From positions 109,960 through 127,123 of the forward strand of contig MCBF01000001.1 of the NCBI GenBank assembly GCA_001742785.1: 17,164 bases of DNA. Reading direction: 5' to 3'. Below, in pieces: positions 13,722 through 17,164 of the stretch (the stretch's first letter is position 1; each line of letters begins with the position of its first letter). Below the pieces are notes generated by a model. That model had not been told where the DNA came from. It searched no databases and worked only from the letters and a program-made list of their open reading frames with translations. The translations under genes and the position numbers were made by a program. This DNA is from Candidatus Altiarchaeales archaeon IMC4. Lineage in GTDB: Archaea; Altiarchaeota; Altiarchaeia; IMC4.

Positions 13722-14978
13722 TTATTTCTCCAACAACCATTTCCACAGAGGCGTGTATCGTATCATCCCCCCACTGATTTCTTCTTCATATTCATAATCG
13801 TCGGTTATCACCAAACCATCCTTCAGGTTGAAGTTTTCCATCGCGCCGAGTAGGGCATTGATTTCCTTTTTCTTTGTATCAGGGTCTTCGATGTCATAGC
13901 AGACTTGTATCAATTGCTTCGGTTTCATGCCCTCCTTTATAACGAAGTCCACCTCCCTTTGTTTCCCGTCTTTCCAGTAATATATCTCCTTGCCCCTGCG
14001 CTTTAATTCCAAAAAGACAATATTCTCGATCCTTGCCCCTATGTTCTGCGACTCCTTGAAAGCCATGTGGTCTGCCAAACATGCGTCTATGGCATAGACT
14101 TTTCTTGGCATCTTTACTATTTCGGCCATCGAACTTGAGTAATTTTCCAAAGTGAAGATAAGGTATGCCTCTTCCAGATAACCGAGGTACCTCTTTATCG
14201 TGTTGGGGCTGTTTACCTCAAAGACGTTGCCCAATTTCCTGAATGTTATAGGCCTGCCGTAGCAGGACAGCACATATTTTGCGAGTTCATTGAACAATTT
14301 TTTATTCTTTATCTCATATCTGTCGATTATGTCCCGATTTATTATATCCCTGAAATAGCCGGACAGCAAATCCCTATCTTCGTTCAAAAACACCGCGGGG
14401 AAACCGCCGTATTCCATGTACTGCTTGAGATTGGCCCTTATCTTAGCGGTTTCTTTGGTATCGTAAAGGTTCGCCGGTTTGCAGATTTCTTTGAAAGAAA
14501 ATGGAAAAAGCGGGAATGTTATATTTCTGCCCGTAAGAAGCGAGGATATTTCAGATGAAAGCAGACGCGCATTGGAGCCAGTTATGAAAAATTTTACGGA
14601 CTCGAATTCACCCATCCTGTTCACCCATTTTTCCCATTTTTCAACTTCTTGGACTTCGTCCAGAAAGATAAAGACCTTCCCTTCTGGTTTGTACGCACTC
14701 AGGTATTCCTCCCACAATACGTTGAAATCTTTGACCTTGAAACCATCCAACCGTTCGTCTTCAAAATTCACATAAAGGAAATCTCCAGCCTGGTTTTTTG
14801 CGATTTGACCCAGAAGGGAGGATTTTCCGCATCGCCTCACACCGCTTATTACAATGCTTTCCTTGAGGTTGAGTTTTTCTGCTATTTTCGGCTCGATTTC
14901 CCTGCCAACACCATGCTCTCTTTCGAGAATCCTCTCCCGTTGCTCCTCGAACACCTGCCGGATTATTGTTCTGTTCAT
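13722..14978 (-). CDS. COG1373-type AAA+ ATPase (AAA_14 plus DUF4143)
   Basis: Walker A GVRRCGKS, YVNFEDERL, Walker B FLDEVQ, ITGSNA, LTGR, PFSFKE, YGGFP, PRKVYAID, ENIVFLEL, and C-terminal EVDFVI...IQV. Confidence 0.93.
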   Translation of the reverse strand: MNRTIIRQVFEEQRERILEREHGVGREIEPKIAEKLNLKESIVISGVRRCGKSSLLGQIAKNQAGDFLYVNFEDERLDGFKVKDFNVLWEEYLSAYKPEGKVFIFLDEVQEVEKWEKWVNRMGEFESVKFFITGSNARLLSSEISSLLTGRNITFPLFPFSFKEICKPANLYDTKETAKIRANLKQYMEYGGFPAVFLNEDRDLLSGYFRDIINRDIIDRYEIKNKKLFNELAKYVLSCYGRPITFRKLGNVFEVNSPNTIKRYLGYLEEAYLIFTLENYSSSMAEIVKMPRKVYAIDACLADHMAFKESQNIGARIENIVFLELKRRGKEIYYWKDGKQREVDFVIKEGMKPKQLIQVCYDIEDPDTKKKEINALLGAMENFNLKDGLVITDDYEYEEEISGGMIRYTPLWKWLLEK

Positions 14979-15032
14979 AGCACAAAATATACGATTTTTG
15001 TTCTATATACTATTCACAACTACTATATAAAA
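14977..15032 (-). promoter_or_regulatory. TATA box and operator-like inverted repeat upstream of the ATPase gene
   Basis: The minus strand has TTTTATATA at 15024-15032. Arms ATAGCACAAAA (14977-14987) and TTTTGTTCTAT (14996-15006) pair at 10 of 11 positions and overlap the start codon. Confidence 0.5.
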
Positions 15033-15073
15033 CTGGAATGTGAACCACACAGTTCAAATTATTAAGAAGAAGA

Positions 15074-15442
15074 TTACTGCCGTTTCTTCCCGGACTTTCT
15101 GGCCTTCTTTTTTACTTCAGGTTCGGCAGGCTCTGCCTTAGAATACCTCGTTGCCACGACGTCCGCTATCATGCCGTAGACCATGCCGAAGCCTATCAAC
15201 TTCGGGTCGGGCACCCATGCGGCAGTCACAAGCGCCCCGATCAAAGCCCCGCGCACGACCGGCTCTAGGTCTACGCCGTCCGCAATACCTACAAAGAAGC
15301 CTATCAGCGTCCGATTATAGACTATAAACAGGACAGGAGCCAGCATCGGCGGTATAATGTTTTTCCATATCGCGCCGTATGCGCAAAAAAGACCGCATAA
15401 TACCCCGACAAGCGTTGCGATTATAACCCTTTTAGTGTTCAT
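15074..15442 (-). CDS. Hypothetical small membrane protein with Lys-rich tail
   Basis: 122-aa ORF with about 4 Gly-rich TM segments (VIIATLVGVLCGLFCAYG; YNRTLIGFFVGIA; VRGALIGALV). Strong ribosome-binding site GGAGGTAA on the minus strand at 15451-15458. Confidence 0.8.
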   Translation of the reverse strand: MNTKRVIIATLVGVLCGLFCAYGAIWKNIIPPMLAPVLFIVYNRTLIGFFVGIADGVDLEPVVRGALIGALVTAAWVPDPKLIGFGMVYGMIADVVATRYSKAEPAEPEVKKKARKSGKKRQ

Positions 15443-15469
15443 TGTATTTTTTACCTCCAGGACACAATA

Positions 15470-16549
15470 TTACTCGAACCTCCTTGGCACAAAACCGCAC
15501 CTTATTCCGTGGTCCGCCAGAACCAGCGCCATCATCGCCTCGGCAACCGGGACTGCCCTCGGGACTATGCAGGGGTCGTGCCGCCCCTCGACTTCAATCG
15601 TTGTCTCCTTCATGGTCTTCAGGTCTACGGTATTCTGCTTTTTTCCTACGGATGAGGTCGGCTTTATCGCGATGCGCGCAACTATCGGCATCCCGTTGGA
15701 GATGCCGCCCAATATGCCGCCGCAGTTGTTCGTTTTAGTTATGATTTTTCCGTTCCTGACCGCAAATTCATCATTATTCTCGAAACCGCGCATCCTTGCG
15801 GCCTCGAATCCGAGTCCGATTTCGACGCCCTTCACCGCCGGGATAGACATGAGCGCCTTTGCAATGTCCGCGTCAAGGCGGCCGAAAACCGGCTCCCCGA
15901 ACCCTGCCGGCACCCCAAGCGCGATGACCTCGACAATCCCGCCGACCGAGTCCTTCTCCTTTTTTGCGTCCAGTATCGCCGCCTCCATTTCCTTTGCCGC
16001 GATATTGTCGGCGCACCGCACGGCATTGGATTCTATTGTTTTTCGGTCTATCTTTTTCGCCTCGGCCCTTATCCCCGCAATCTCGACAGAGTGCCCGATA
16101 ATCCCGATGCCTACCGAATCCAGAAGTTTCTTAGCCACGGCCCCCGCGGCAACCCTTGAGGCGGTTTCCCGCGCGCTGCTTCGCCCGCCGCCCCTCCGGT
16201 CGGTGTGCCCGAATTTTTCAATGAACGTCATGTCCGCGTGGCCGGGTCTTGGTTTGTACCTGATGTTTTTGTACATCTCTGAATCAACGTCCTGATTCTG
16301 GATTAACAGCGATATAGGTGTTCCAAGGGTTTTGCCCTCAAAGATACCTGAAAGTATCTCTACTTTGTCTTTCTCGTCCCTCGAAGTTGAAACCTCACTC
16401 TGCCCGGGCCGCCTCCTGTCAAGTTCTGTCTGGATGTCGTTTTCCTCGATCTTAAGCCCAGACGGGCAGCCGTCGACAATGCAGCCTATCGCCTTCCCGT
16501 GCGACTCCCCGAAGGTTGTTACCCTGAACATCTCCCCGAACGTATTCAT
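15470..16549 (-). CDS. aroC: Chorismate synthase
   Basis: MNTFG...TTFGESHG, RRRPGQS, PRPGHAD, RGGGRSSARETA, DSVGG, SIPAVKGVEIG, NNCGGILGGISNG, KPTSS, GRHDPCIVPRA. The start is ATG 16549 or the adjacent ATG 16552. Confidence 0.97.
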   Translation of the reverse strand: MNTFGEMFRVTTFGESHGKAIGCIVDGCPSGLKIEENDIQTELDRRRPGQSEVSTSRDEKDKVEILSGIFEGKTLGTPISLLIQNQDVDSEMYKNIRYKPRPGHADMTFIEKFGHTDRRGGGRSSARETASRVAAGAVAKKLLDSVGIGIIGHSVEIAGIRAEAKKIDRKTIESNAVRCADNIAAKEMEAAILDAKKEKDSVGGIVEVIALGVPAGFGEPVFGRLDADIAKALMSIPAVKGVEIGLGFEAARMRGFENNDEFAVRNGKIITKTNNCGGILGGISNGMPIVARIAIKPTSSVGKKQNTVDLKTMKETTIEVEGRHDPCIVPRAVPVAEAMMALVLADHGIRCGFVPRRFE

Positions 16550-16581
16550 CATTGTAAATATTGGGGGCATTCGTATAAATC

Positions 16582-17163
16582 TCAATAGTTCTCGTTCCTG
16601 AACCTGAACAAAAGGAATCCGATGACCGAAAGCCCCGCAGCCGCATACATAACCGCATGAAAGCCCCATAGTTGGGACACTGCCCCGCCAAGAAGCGGGC
16701 CGAAAATCCCGGAAATGCTTATCACCGAGTTCAGCATCCCGACCGATGTGGCCTTTTCTATGTTGTGTTTCATCAATGAGATTAGTGAACCGACATAAAG
16801 GCATGACCACGATAAAGCCAAAAGTATCTGTACCGGGACAACCTGCAACGGAGTGCTTGCCAGTGTGTAGCCCAGGCAAACGAATGCTGAAAGCAAAAGC
16901 CCCGCATTTATCAGCCTTTCGTTTTTCACGTGCTCTATGCGCGGCATTATAAGAAACTGCATGCCGGAGTTTATCGCGTAGATCGCACCTATTACAGCAT
17001 AGCTTGCCCCCATATCCGCAAGGTAAAGCGGGAGTATTAGCCACACCGAGGTTGCGCCAAGGTGCCGCGCGAAAACGGAAACGTAGAGAACGAGGTTCTT
17101 GCGTATCAGCCCCAAAGGAAACACCGGAACATTGATTTTCTTGCGCGAGGGTTCTTTTAGCCT
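16582..17163 (-). CDS. MFS transporter, C-terminal half (gene runs off the right edge)
   Basis: The frame is open to the window edge (RLKEPSRKKINVPVFPLGL...). Six TM helices with MFS-like motifs LPLYLADMGAS...IG and EKATSVGMLNS...GIFGPLLGG. Confidence 0.85.
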   Translation of the reverse strand, partial: RLKEPSRKKINVPVFPLGLIRKNLVLYVSVFARHLGATSVWLILPLYLADMGASYAVIGAIYAINSGMQFLIMPRIEHVKNERLINAGLLLSAFVCLGYTLASTPLQVVPVQILLALSWSCLYVGSLISLMKHNIEKATSVGMLNSVISISGIFGPLLGGAVSQLWGFHAVMYAAAGLSVIGFLLFRFRNENY

Positions 17164-17164
17164 C

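Noticed and set aside
15460..15465. Third intergenic GGACAC as a possible extra copy of the double-hairpin element
   Set aside because: There is no upstream ATCCG and there are no flanking stems. It sits beside the ribosome-binding site of the 15442 gene.
15357..16295. 312-aa + strand ORF
   Set aside because: It is the antisense shadow of aroC, with no recognisable motifs. The same applies to the other antisense or nested ORFs (e.g. 2115-2609, 3066-3566, 3271-3813, 4110-4700, 14649-15065).
16553..17044. 164-codon N-terminal extension of aroC in the ORF track (524-aa ORF), or a possible MFS-AroC frameshift fusion
   Set aside because: The extension overlaps the MFS gene in another frame and reads as non-protein-like sequence. 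The chorismate synthase pattern begins at MNTFG (16549), and the MFS gene has its own stop at 16582.

Overview
Archaeal genomic window: aIF2-beta, Nob1, Trm11/TrmG10 and DUF424 genes, BRE/TATA promoters and GAGGTGA/AGGTGA ribosome-binding sites; the lineage cannot be fixed from the sequence alone. About 21 protein-coding genes form a housekeeping backbone (CPA2 K+/H+ antiporter, HhH-GPD glycosylase, Trm11, Nob1, TatD, aIF2-beta, DUF424, GT2, HAD hydrolase, aroC, partial MFS). Several visibly AT-richer accessory genes are interspersed: two surface lipoproteins, a CorA-shaped membrane protein, a YIP1-DUF2178-XRE module and a COG1373 ATPase. I recognised no rRNA, tRNA, CRISPR array or transposase. 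The most interesting signals are non-coding. (1) Two copies of a double-hairpin element, ATCCG-[stem-loop]-GGACAC-[stem-loop], at 7231-7281 and 11672-11729, keep identical linkers while the stems have different sequences that still pair perfectly. (2) Degenerate CAAA(A/G)TG heptamer arrays mark the edges of the two lipoprotein genes and bracket one of them in inverted orientation. (3) A 111-bp MITE-like palindrome lies inside the YIP1-DUF2178-XRE module. (4) Two operator-like palindromes sit next to TATA boxes. The functional interpretations of these signals are hypotheses.
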